NCBI GenBank assembly: GCA_964016885.1
Contig: OZ024740.1
Coordinates: 123,380,001 to 123,444,000 of the forward strand
Source: Eledone cirrhosa
Taxonomy: Eukaryota
Direction of reading: 5' to 3'
DNA: 64,000 nucleotides
The notes under the pieces were generated by a model. That model was not told where the DNA came from. It made no database searches and was given only the letters and a program-made list of their open reading frames with translations. Each line of letters opens with the position of its first letter. Position 1 is the first letter of the stretch. Made by a program: the position numbers and the translations under genes. Shown piece after piece: positions 52,901 through 64,000 of the stretch.

Positions 52901-54133
52901 TGTTAGACCTTTGGTGGTCACGTATAAACTATAAAACAGCTAGTCATTTGACAGTGGCTCAACACGGCCCGTAGCGCCTCATTTTTTTTCTTGCATGCAT
53001 CTTTCTGCTCAATTATTTGTTCACGTCGGGTTCACCAATTTAGCAGGGATTTATATTCAGAGAGTTGTAATGTTGCCACGAGGAACCAGGTTTGGTAGAA
53101 AGATATGATAGGAATATCGACAACGACTTTAGCTTGTTTTTACATAATTTATTAATAAAGGTTAAGAAGTGAATTAAGCTGGCCTGCCAATAGAAATGAA
53201 ATAATTCAATTAAGATTACAAGAGAAAATACGGTCGACTGGCTGAGGCGTTTGGCCAGGCCCGTAGGAATGTTTTGTTGTTACATATTTTGTGTGCTTAC
53301 GGAGCAAAAGAACAAGTGGTGTTTACCTTAGCATGGTCAAGCTGCGAGTCTTTGATTTCTCAAATCTACGCGGGCTATTTCTCTCTCAGAACGAGTAGGG
53401 ATACATCCTCTTCTCCTGGCGCTGATTGGCTGAGCTGAGCCAAATCACGCACAGAGAATGCATGTGAGCCCGCAGAATGTAGGTCACTACAAAACAAACA
53501 GGTAGGGGAGACACTAGCCTGCAGCAATGCGCCATACCCTACCTAACTTAATACCTCGATCACACCTATATATCCCATGCACCTAATCAATGTCAAACTC
53601 ACTCACCTGTCCCCCCCCCCCCACCGCACCAACAGTCATGATACACCTCACCTGCCCAGGCTATGAAAGCTAGACACACTTGACATCTTACCTCCAACAA
53701 AACCATGACAAAACACAAAATCTGTAATGTATGCTGATCTGGCAGCACAAAAACAAAATCACCCAATCCTTCCTGTAAAGTGATGGTGCTGGTGACATGA
53801 CAAAGCGCCTAGTCCAAATTGCAAGATGGTTGTGTTGGTGACACAACAAAAACACCCAGTCCACTTTGTAAAGTGGTGATGCTGGTGATTTGACAAAAAG
53901 TGCCCTGTTCACCCTTAAAGGTGATTGTTTTGGTGCTACAATGAAAAAAAACACTCAGTCCACACTGCAAAGTACTTGGTGTTACAAAGGACATCCAGCC
54001 ATAGAATCCAAGGCAAAATACAAATAAATATGAGCAAACAGTTATCTCTGAACCTGACTTGTTTCATAATGTGACTACCCATCTAACCAATGCAAGCATG
54101 GAAAATAGACATTAAACGACAATGATGATGATG
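49990..54133 (+). mobile_element. Old internally deleted RTE LINE split by LTR copy B (49990-50720 and 53492-54133)
   Basis: DEMQFGF, LQEKYVAKSKPLYPAFSDIEKDFDR before the insertion; ~43-bp UTR repeats (53690-53990) and (GAT)n tail after it, matching the layout of 41300-42041. Confidence 0.82.
50721..53491. mobile_element. Non-autonomous LTR element copy B with inverted LTRs and AAAC TSD
   Basis: AAAC at 50717-50720 and 53492-53495; 3'-internal piece 50721-50838; LTR(+) 50839-51291; PBS from 51293; internal to ~53024; tRNA-Trp-like 53021-53037; LTR(-) 53039-53491. Confidence 0.92.
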
Positions 54134-55260
54134 TACAAAATGTAAAATATAGGTACACAAGATATGTAGCAGGATCATGGTCAGACTAACAAGTTATGTA
54201 GGCTATATATCTAGAACTTGCACACGAGCAATAAACATCAAACCATGGAATAAAGCAGACATTATCAAATGCATTGATTGCTCCTTATAAGTGGTTGACA
54301 GTTTCTACTCCCTAAATGATTTAATAAGCAGTGGGGCAGGTGCTCTGAAGAAGAGTAGTTAGTATAAGAATCAGGTGGAAATGAAGAAGGAATACTGCAT
54401 TAAAATGTGTAGGGCACTGAAAATTGATGGACACTGGAAAAGCCTAATGCTGGAAAACTCATAACAGAGATGACACATGATTGAGTCTACTGGCAATATG
54501 CTGTACAAGAGAATATTTGCCTTCTCACACCTTTCCTCATAGCCTCCCCTCAGTATCTCCCACCAAAGCTATCTAGTCTTCTCTCCTAATACACTAATAA
54601 TTTCTCCATTCCTGAAAGAAAGTGGTCTGCCATTTTGTACTCAAGTTTTTTCCTTTTTGTTCTGAAGAGTTCTATGTGTTGGAGTTAAAATGCAATTACA
54701 ACCACTACTATTAGCTCAAACTTGCAGAATTCTTTCTACCACAAGAAATAACATGGCCAGGAATGGAAGAGCATATATTCTACACAAATCTAATAAAACA
54801 AAATTGCAGCCTACAAAGGAAAGTGGTATCCATTATGTTATAAAACTATCAAAAGCACAGTGGCAACTGAGGCAAAACAGTCACAGTACATATATCAATA
54901 CGCTTACCGAAATTAGTTTAAATAACCATTAAATTTGAAAAATATCAAATGAAGTTAATACGAAAATGCCAAACTACTGGAAGAATATTATAGTTAAATA
55001 CTGAATTTGTGTATGAAACAATTTGATTTGTAATCCAAAATGTAATGGATAGACTGAGTGGAAATGAGTTAACAAAGCAACTATTTATGTATTGGTGCTT
55101 CTACTGCTTGATAATGAGATAATAGTTATGGGTTAGATATGATCGGAATTGATACTATAGGTATTGAAAGTTATGGTGGTTGTAAGTGAAAGAGACAAAG
55201 AAAAATAAGAATACAGTCCGAGAAATAAGTTACATTCATTTGATGTCCAATAGTATAGAA

Positions 55261-55490
55261 CAGGTGTTAATAAACTATGGTCTGTAAACCAGTTCCAACT
55301 AGCATCTTCGTTTCATCTGACTCATGGACTTTAATATGATGTACATTGCATACAAAAATGCTTTTGTTTGTAAAAAGTACAATTCACTATTAAAAAGCAT
55401 CCTACTTTTGTAATGACCTCAAATGAATCAGTTATAAAACATAACATTTCCAATCTAGCCAACCTCCACAAAATTTAACAATCTCTTGCA
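55261..55490. mobile_element. Possible old hAT MITE (MER58-like layout)
   Basis: CAGGTGTTAATAAACTATGGTC start resembles Charlie-type ends; right end and TSD unclear. Confidence 0.3.
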
Positions 55491-55729
55491 TAAAATACTA
55501 AATATTACAGTAGGATGCAATATATCAATTGCCATCAATAAACGTGCTCTTATAAATGTAAGGAAGTGAAATTTTAATTTAATTTCTTCTAAATATTATA
55601 TTTTGGTTAAGATTTTAATTTTTGTAATTTTCAGTAAATTACAATGGTTGTATTGAATCAGATATGATGTAGAAATTACATTGTTTCTGCTGCTGCTGCT
55701 GTTTATCTGGCATGTTGGTAGTTTGTTTA

Positions 55730-57947
55730 ATGACAAGATGAGATTTTTAGATCTACAGCTAATAAATGGAATTTCTTACGTGACAACTTGCTGCAGGCTA
55801 CTGATGAAACTTGTTGCTGGAGCAGAGCTCCAACCAGACAGAGAGTGACCTGGTGGTAGAACAGAACAGTAGATAAGGCCATTAGAGACAAAAGACTAGC
55901 ATGGAAGGCTTGGAAAAAGGGTGGGAGTAAGGGAGAATATACAGCCACTAAGAGAGAAGCTAGACGTCAGGTGTACTTAGCACGCAGGGAGGCGGAGAGT
56001 AGGAGGTTTGCAAATGTTCTGCGATGGGAAGATCAGAGGCGTGCGGTGTTCCACATTGCAAGGCAGTGTGTCAATGCAAATCAGGATGTTGTTGGAGATA
56101 AATGTGTCCGGGATGATACCGGTGTACTTAGTGTCACGAATGATCAGAAAAAGGAGGCCTGGAAATGTCATTATGAGAGACTGATGAATGCGGAGAACGA
56201 ATGGGAGAGAGAGAAATTACCCTTAGTAGATCCGACAGAGGGACCAGCTATTGAGATTGACGAATATAGGGTCCAAGAGGCGATTAGGGAAATGAAAAAT
56301 GGTAAGGCTGCCGGACCATCGGGAATAGTTGCTGAGATGCTGAAGGCATCAGGGGACGTAGGCACTAAACTGGTTGCAGGCATCATCAATCAGGCTATGT
56401 ATGGTGGTGTCATACCCAAAGACTGGTGCAGCAGTATTCTCATAAATTGCTACAAAGGTAAAGGGGATGCTCTGGAGAGGAGCAATTATAGGGGTATAAA
56501 ACTGATAGAACAGGTTATGAAAGTGGCAGAAAGGATATTAGCACAACTAATTAGAGAAAGGGTCAAACTAGATGAGATGCAGTTTGGTTTTGTGCCTGGG
56601 AAGAGTACAACAAATGCCTCTTCCTGGTGAGACAATTGCAAGAGAGGTTCTTAGAGAAAAATAAGCCACTATACTTAGCCTTTGTTGACCTAGAGAAGGC
56701 CTTTGATAGGGTACCCTGATCTGTCATCTGGTGGTCCCTAAGGAAGCTAGGTGTTGAGGAATGGCTTGTGAGGACAGTACAAACTTTGTACAGAGATACT
56801 CTCAGTAAAGTCAAGGTAGGAATGGAGTTTAGTGAGAAATTCCAGATACAAGTAGGTGTACATCAGTGTTCGGTCCTCAGCCTGCTCTTGTTCATTATAG
56901 TCCTCCAAGCCATAACAGAGGAGTTTAAGACTGGCTGTCCATGGGAACTTCTTTATGCTGACGATCTGGATGTTATAGCAGAATCAGAAGAAGAGCTAGA
57001 GAATAAATTCTGGCTATGGAAACAGCAGTTGGAAGCAAGAGGACTGAGAGTGAACCTAGCTAAGACAAAAGAGTTGATGAGTAGAAAAGAGGACAAAACC
57101 CTGATTCCGTCAGGGAAATGGCCATGTTCGATATGCAGAAAAGGAACTGGCATAAATTCTATAAAATGCACACAATGCAGATCCTGGGTACACAAGAGAT
57201 GTAGCAGGATAGCAGGTAAACTAACAGGTAGGGAGAAATATGTATGCAGTAGATGTACAGGGAAATTAGACAGTAGAAGTCGCATTGATAGACACATTTT
57301 TCAAATGCAGGAGGGCGCTATAGAAGTGGTGGATAGCTTCCGGTACCTAGGAGATCAGATTAGCATGGGAAGAGGGTGTTTTCCGAGGCCATAGTATCTA
57401 GAATAAGGACGCGTTGGAAGAAGTTTAGGGAGCTGCTTCCTCCGTTGACGAAGAAGGGTTTTTCCCTGCGTACTAAAAGCCAGTTGTATGATGCCTGTGT
57501 GAGGAGCGCGATGCTGCATGGTAGTGAGACATGGGCAGCAACTGCAGAGGATATGCGACGGCTGGATAGAAATGAGGCAAGCATGTTCCGTTGGATGTGC
57601 AGTGTAAATGTCCGTGAACGACCCAGCATAAATGTGTTGAGAGAGAAACTGTGTCTGAGAGGGATAGAATGTAGTGTACGGGAGAGGAGACTGAGGTGGT
57701 CTGGACATGTGATGCGCATGGAGGATGACTGATGGGTGAAGAAGTGCCAGGAAATGCTAGTTGAAGGAAGACGTGGTAGAGGTAGACCACGAAAAACATG
57801 GGCGGAGGTGGTGAGAACAGACCTCAGATCATTGAAGCTCACGTTGGAGATGACGAAGGACCGTGATAAGTGGAGAGATGCTGTACTGAATAAGACCCGT
57901 CCCACCCTTGCAAGCAGGGAAAAGCGGACGTAAAATGATGATGATGA
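55730..57947 (+). mobile_element. RTE-clade LINE, 5'-truncated; same family as 32098-35032
   Basis: ORFs 55971-56630, 56768-57394 (ELLYADDL), 57376-57732, 57736-57933; tail GCGGACGTAAAATGATGATGATGA. Confidence 0.95.
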
Positions 57948-59273
57948 GCTCCAGATATACCTTGTTTCAATCTACTTGAAGTTCATATTGTGCACTCCGA
58001 CATGCAACAAGCATGTAGTATGTCTGTCAAAGCATATTGCTCTTTTCTTTATTTTTTCATGCTTACAGTGTTATTAACAGTGTTATTGTTGTTGTTGTTT
58101 AGCACTGCCTGAGAAGATTTGTGATCAGTCATTCCAGCCATATTCTTCTTTTTTATCAAGTATCTAAGAATACATTATATAATTTGCTTTGTGAATATTG
58201 TAGAGTGGGAGTCAAGGGTGGTTTGGTTGCTATTTCAAATGTGTAGAATGTAGAGACAGCCTATCTCAAGCTTGGAGAAACACCCTCATAAGCCTTTGTA
58301 TGTTTGTATAGGCTTTGTTCGTATCCAGAGTAGTAATATAAAATCTGACTTAGGTGGAGAACAACTGGTTCTCTATATGCTGCTGATGGGGATGATACCT
58401 GAACAATTTTCTGATTTCTGTGAAGCTGCTAATAGTGATACTACACTGATTTTTCATCCCTTTTGGGGTTCCACACTCATGCTGACATTTTTAGTTCTGC
58501 CAGCCTGTCATAATAATTCAGGGTAAATTCCTAAGAGCTTACCATCACATTAATAACTATTTTTTCTTCAAAACCTTTACCACAGACCTTTTGTTTATTT
58601 CTTGAAAACACATTATGAAAGTGATGTTTCTCTCCCTACATCAAAACTATATTAATATAAAAATGCAAATAAACACTGTGTTAAAAAGTTACTTGTAGCC
58701 ATTCTTGTATTTACTGGGTCTTTTAGAATTGTTACCTTTCATAGGAAAGGGTGATAGGCAAGGGAGGTAATTAGCACAACACAGCTTTGGATTAAAAAAA
58801 CATTTTTTTAAGGTAAGCTCTACATGTTTGTTCGATATTCCTGGAACAGTATCCATATTTCCTATAAATCATACTGTGAATAGTTTGGAAGCCATAACTA
58901 TCAAAATAACGAGTATAAGGTAGGAAATGAATTTTCCCAACTCATCAGAACTGCAACTGCTAACAAATCCTATATTTAGATGATTGCAAATGGCATTCAG
59001 TGTTGTACCTGTATTTTTGTATGTTTATGCTTTTGCACAAAAGGCTGGAAATATATTGTTGGAGTAATATTGGAATGCAATGTATGCAAAGGGGAAATAC
59101 AATCTTATACCTGATTTTATTTACTTTGGGAATGCTAGTTGTCTGTTTATGAACAGCAGATGTAAATAAAGTATATTGAATTCTTTCCCTGTATTTCTGT
59201 TGAGTAGCTTTTCAAATATTATGGATTTTTCATAAAATATTAAATATTTTAAATGATATTCATTGTATATATT

Positions 59274-59307
59274 TACACACACACGCCCCCACATACACAC
59301 ATACGTG

Positions 59308-59344
<37 letters not shown>

Positions 59345-59372
59345 CCACACACACATACGCACATACACACAT
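59274..59372. repeat. (CA)n microsatellite; (TA)n tracts also at ~2505, 2994, 3332, 19010, 19309, 20163, 44466
   Basis: Read directly from the sequence. Confidence 0.95.
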
Positions 59373-60074
59373 AGAGAGAAACTAAATTTTTCTAATTTAT
59401 AGAATAACTGCAAGATACTTTGGTTACTACTCACTGATATTTCAATATAAAAACAAAAATTAAATTATATTTTTCTACTATGATATCTGATATTTTGTTG
59501 ATATCCATTAAACCATGATAGTGTTGAATTTAATCTTGAGTGCTGTATTTAAAATGGTATGGTTCCAACACTAGCATTGCTTTATGGGGGGAATGCATTG
59601 ATATTTTAATACAACAAATCAATTTTAGAATGCTTGGTTTCAGTTAAGGAAAAAATATGGCATCGTTTGAGAACTATTTATTAATAAATCTGAAGTGGAA
59701 ACTGTAAATTGAAAATATATTCTCCTTCAAGAAATATTTGACAAGCTGTCAATTATTCTGGTGGCCAGCACGAGCAGATTAATTTGGGAAAGTGCTGATT
59801 TTAAAGAATGCTTATTTTCGTCTAGTTTTCTATTCTTATGTTGACAGCATTTTCCAGTTGGATTAATTGAATCAGCTAAATGGTAATTGTGGTTCTATGT
59901 ATCTCCTTGTTATACATCCCACTTTTACATTAAGGAAAGTCATACAGAAACACAAATTACACAGTTGTATTTTAGAAAAGGGAAGTTGTATGCTTTTGTT
60001 TACATCATAAACATACATTAGAGAAAATAACTTATTTAAACTTTCTGTATTCTGCTTTATTATTTAGACAGGAC

Positions 60075-60255
60075 GGTGGATTGGCAGTATCGGTAGAGAG
60101 TTGGAGACTGTGCTTTCCAGCATAGTTACGTCCCTTTACAGTCTGAGTTCAGATCCCGCCGAGGTTTACTTTGCCTTTCATCTTTACGGGGTCGATAAAG
60201 TAAATTACCAGTAATACACTGGGTAATTGCTGGCCTTGTGCCTAAAGTAGAAACA
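60075..60255 (+). mobile_element. tRNA-derived SINE with 16-bp TSD
   Basis: ATTATTTAGAC(A/G)GGAC at 60059-60074 and 60256-60271; B-box GAGTTCAGATCCC. Confidence 0.92.
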
Positions 60256-61119
60256 ATTATTTAGACGGGACTCTGTGTTTTTAATAGGTTAATAAATTCT
60301 AATAATACGTTTTTGTTTTTTGTTTTTTTTGTTTTTGCTATTAATGGTAATAAATATATCTGGAGTTAGTTGTTTAGTTATGACTTTAACAGGTTATCAA
60401 AGTCCAAGAATGAATTTATTTTGTTTATTTTACTGCTGATTATAGTAAATATATTTGAAATCATTTATATAGTTTTGTAAATTAATGTTAACCATGTCTT
60501 GAGCTTTTGAAAGCTAACTACAAATACAGTGTGTAAACAATAGTATAAGTTAGTGAAGACTGATATTAATTTTACTTTTCTGGTAAGTTTGTAAGACAAC
60601 TTCAGACATGATTTTATCTTATTCAGACCATGTCATCAAAGAAGCATAGCCTTCACCATACTTGCCAAAGTACTATCGTGAGAAACACATTCTACATGTA
60701 CAAGCTTGTGCATGTGTTGGCATAAAAATATCAAATGTTTAGAAAAAAGAAAATTAAAAAATACCATCTGCACAACTGTTTTGTGGTGTTTAATATGTCA
60801 TTTATCACAGAGTGTAATCAATCATACTAATAAATGTCTTGCAGAGATTCTGTAAAACATTGATATAGATTTATTGGTGATTTGTTTTGTAATCTAGCAC
60901 ATTATAGATAGTGGTGATTCTATAGCAATTTGTTATTTAGGGTGAAAACAATTGTTATTTCTTTAATCTAACAGCTGTTAATGAATCAAGGTTACTGTAT
61001 GTTGGCTGCCAAGTATAACTTTAGGAAATCTACAAGAAGTAAATAGAGTACTGAAAGTGTACTTACAGCAGAGATCAACTGATGTAATTACATCAAATTT
61101 CAAAGAATGAGATGAGTGT

Positions 61120-62500
61120 TAATATAATCATAATCATCTTACAATTGCTTTCCATACTGGCATTAATTAGATGGGATGTCAGAGAATAATATCATGCTAA
61201 TCTGTTCCATATATGGGCATGGTGTTTGTTTAGATTCCTTTCGTGACTCCAACCACTTTACAGAGCATACTGAGTGCATTTTATAAAAGCACCAGCATTA
61301 ATGCTTTACAGGATGCATTGAGTATCTGTTATTATGACACCAGCACTACCACCTTACAGATTGCAGCAGATAAATGTTATTTATGGTACCAACACAAAAT
61401 AGACAGTCATGAGGGTTTTTATGTGGGGATCAACATTTTTCAATTAATAAAATTAATGCCTTTGCAATTAAAATATAGAAGCATCAGCTAAATGAGTAAT
61501 ATTAATTAAACTTGGATAAAGAAAGCAGAGGTGTAGTCATTCCAAAATGTTACTCAATTAGAATTTAAGTTAGATGTACAGTTAGATGAAAATATAAGCT
61601 CAAGGACTTCAATTTATTTAACCCAATTTCACATATGACATACCATCATTGACATCGTTTTACATCCAGTCTAATATGCTGCTTTGAGCAGGACAACTCA
61701 CCATCTTACCAGTATATAATCTTTTCTGTGATGTCTAGCATCTTAAAATCAGACTCGAAAACTTCCTCCAACATCTTGTTTTTTCTTCAGGCATGTTTAA
61801 GTTGCCTTATTTTGCATTTCTTCACACATCTGTCTGCTTTCATATGCAAAACATGACCATGCAATTGTGTAAGTTTGCTTCTTGCATATTACAGCTGATT
61901 CCTATGTATTAGTCGATGCTGTGCTCTGGTCCTGCACCCTATATCTTATAGGACAATATTTACTGTTGTATTTTTATAATATATAAGATATAATTTCAGA
62001 TATGTGAATGAATTAGGAAAACTTTAAGAAGTTGATTTGATTTTCATTCAATACTGACAAATAGATAAGATTTGACATTTCAGATTTGTTTAATATTGCT
62101 GAGTAAGAAGCCTGTTATAGGGCTCACAAGTCTAACTGCAGCTTTAACAGGGACGAGGAATTTAAACATTTTGTTTTTTGTTTGTTTTAGCTGATCACAA
62201 ACTTATTTCGTTATAGAGGAATAACTACGCCGTTGTGATGCTTTTTGCATTTTAAGACTTTAGATGTGCACAGATGTGGATTGCTTGGGTGAAGATGTGC
62301 AAGGAAATCCCAGTGGAATGAAATCACAGTACAGATTAACAAAGAAAGACATGGGTAGGGTTGGTGAGAACTAATATCAAATTGATGAGACCCAGAGATG
62401 ATGATAAAGGAATGCAGCAGATGGAGAGATGCTGTGCTGAAAAGGACCAGTTCATCTCATGTAAGTATGGAAATATGGACATAAAATTAATAATGTTAAT
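61120..62500. mobile_element. Several old RTE 3'-end relics (61120-61420 -, 61640-61910 -, 62260-62500 +)
   Basis: UTR repeats CACCAGCA..ACTTTACAG; GGAGAGATGCTGTGCTGAAAAGGACC matches ~57871-57898. Confidence 0.6.
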
Positions 62501-63329
62501 GAATAGTGTAGTACCACAAATTACAAACTTCTAATCATGTTTCAAACTGTGACAAATTTCAGGAAGAAATCTGCTGTGTAATGTATATTTCTTTTGTTTG
62601 AACTTCTAGGACTGTATTATTAAGATGCAAACAAACATGTGAAACCGTTATTGGAAGTGGGGAATTAAGTATGGGTTGCAGTAAATGCAATTTTTCATGA
62701 AATATCAAATGCTTTCATGAAGCAAGTAAATAAAGGAAAATGTCTATATGAGTCAGGTAGCATGGAAAATCACATTTATTTTAAAGCATAATCTGGTAAT
62801 TTCTAAAACAAATGAGATTAAAACAGAGAGAAAAGGAAATTTTACTGTAATGTGTTTGGAATTTAACATGTTTCATGTAGTTAAATTGCTAATTGAGTGT
62901 CAGATCTCATAAAACAAGAACATGCTGATTAAGACATATCATGTATTGATGTTAAGGTCAATTAATTGATGCTAGAGGGAGCTTTTAAGTACTGAATTTG
63001 AAATCTATTGAAATGAACTTGATTAACAAAGTAAAAATACAAAAACAAAAACAAAATTATTTGCTGAATTATCCTAATTTATCAGTTACTTGCATGATAT
63101 CTACTCTTAGCTTTATGACATCATCAAAAGGAACATGATGCTGATGAGGATTATTCATATTATCCATTCTCATAAAGATCACCATTGTATTGATATTTAT
63201 GATGATCAATGTCTTCATTATTGACCTGTACATTCATACCATTCTTACTGTTTTAATTGGTGTTCGCATATAACTTCATAACCACATTGTTTTCACTTGC
63301 TGTGATGTTCATTTTGCTGTATTTGTCCT

Positions 63330-64000
63330 TCATACTGTCATCATCATTGATAAGGTTCATCAACTTGTTCATCATGTTGTTCATCTTCATCATCTCCTTC
63401 ATCTTCATCTTCATCTTCTTCATCTTCTTCATCTTCTTCATTCTTCTTCTTCATCATCTTCATCTCCATCATCTTCATCAACTTCATCTCCATCATCTTC
63501 ATCTTCATCATCTTCATCTTTTCATCTTCATCATCTTCTTCTTCATCTTCATCATCTTCTTCTTCATCTTCATCATCTTCTTCTTCATCTTCATCTTTTC
63601 ATCTTCTTCATCTTCTTCTTCATCATCATTTTCATCTTCATCTTCATCATCTTCATCTGCTTCATCTTTATCTTCATCTTCTTCATCTTCATCTTCATCT
63701 TCTTCATCTTCATCTTCATCTTCATCGTCTTCTTCATCGTCTTCTTCATCGTCGTCTTCATCGTCGTCTTCTTTGTCTTTTTCTTCGTCTTTTTCTTCGT
63801 CTTTTTCTTCGTCTTTTTCTTCGTCTTCGTCTTCTTCGTCATCTTCCACTTCATCTTTCTCTTCTTCTTCTTAATCTTCTTCTTCATCTTCATTATCTTC
63901 ATCTTCTTCATCTTCATCTACTTCATCTTCATCTTCTTCATCTTCATCTACTTCATCTTCATCTTCTTCAACTTCATCTTCTTCATCTTCTTCATCCTCT
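63330..64000. repeat. (TCA/TCT/TCG)n trinucleotide low-complexity tract
   Basis: Read directly; reading phase shifts repeatedly; continues to the window end. Confidence 0.93.

Noticed and set aside
63253-63917. Long acidic, Ser-rich or Lys/Met-rich ORFs
   Set aside because: By-products of a trinucleotide repeat; phase shifts and stops, no unique coding flank.

Overview
AT-rich, repeat-dominated eukaryotic DNA. The repeat types suggest an invertebrate, probably a cephalopod such as Octopus (inferred, not shown). I found no supportable host protein-coding gene, rRNA, tRNA or CRISPR array; nearly all listed ORFs are transposon debris or chance. Content: two copies of a non-autonomous Gypsy-type LTR family (1-2359 and 50721-53491), a scrambled Gypsy with gag/pol fragments (8368-9675), a 5'-inverted CRE-like non-LTR element, several RTE LINEs, a CR1-like LINE, a Penelope-like element with a hammerhead ribozyme, tRNA-derived SINEs with TSDs, hAT/piggyBac relics, an unidentified local ~2-kb repeat unit (4 copies, 6-19 kb), a recent ~1.15-kb tandem duplication and a ~39-bp minisatellite. 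Most notable: in two unrelated tRNA-Trp-primed LTR elements, an LTR plus a tRNA-like 17-19-mer is joined by microhomology to inverted internal sequence, yet both carry 4-bp TSDs. They look like integrated products of aberrant plus-strand transfer during reverse transcription.
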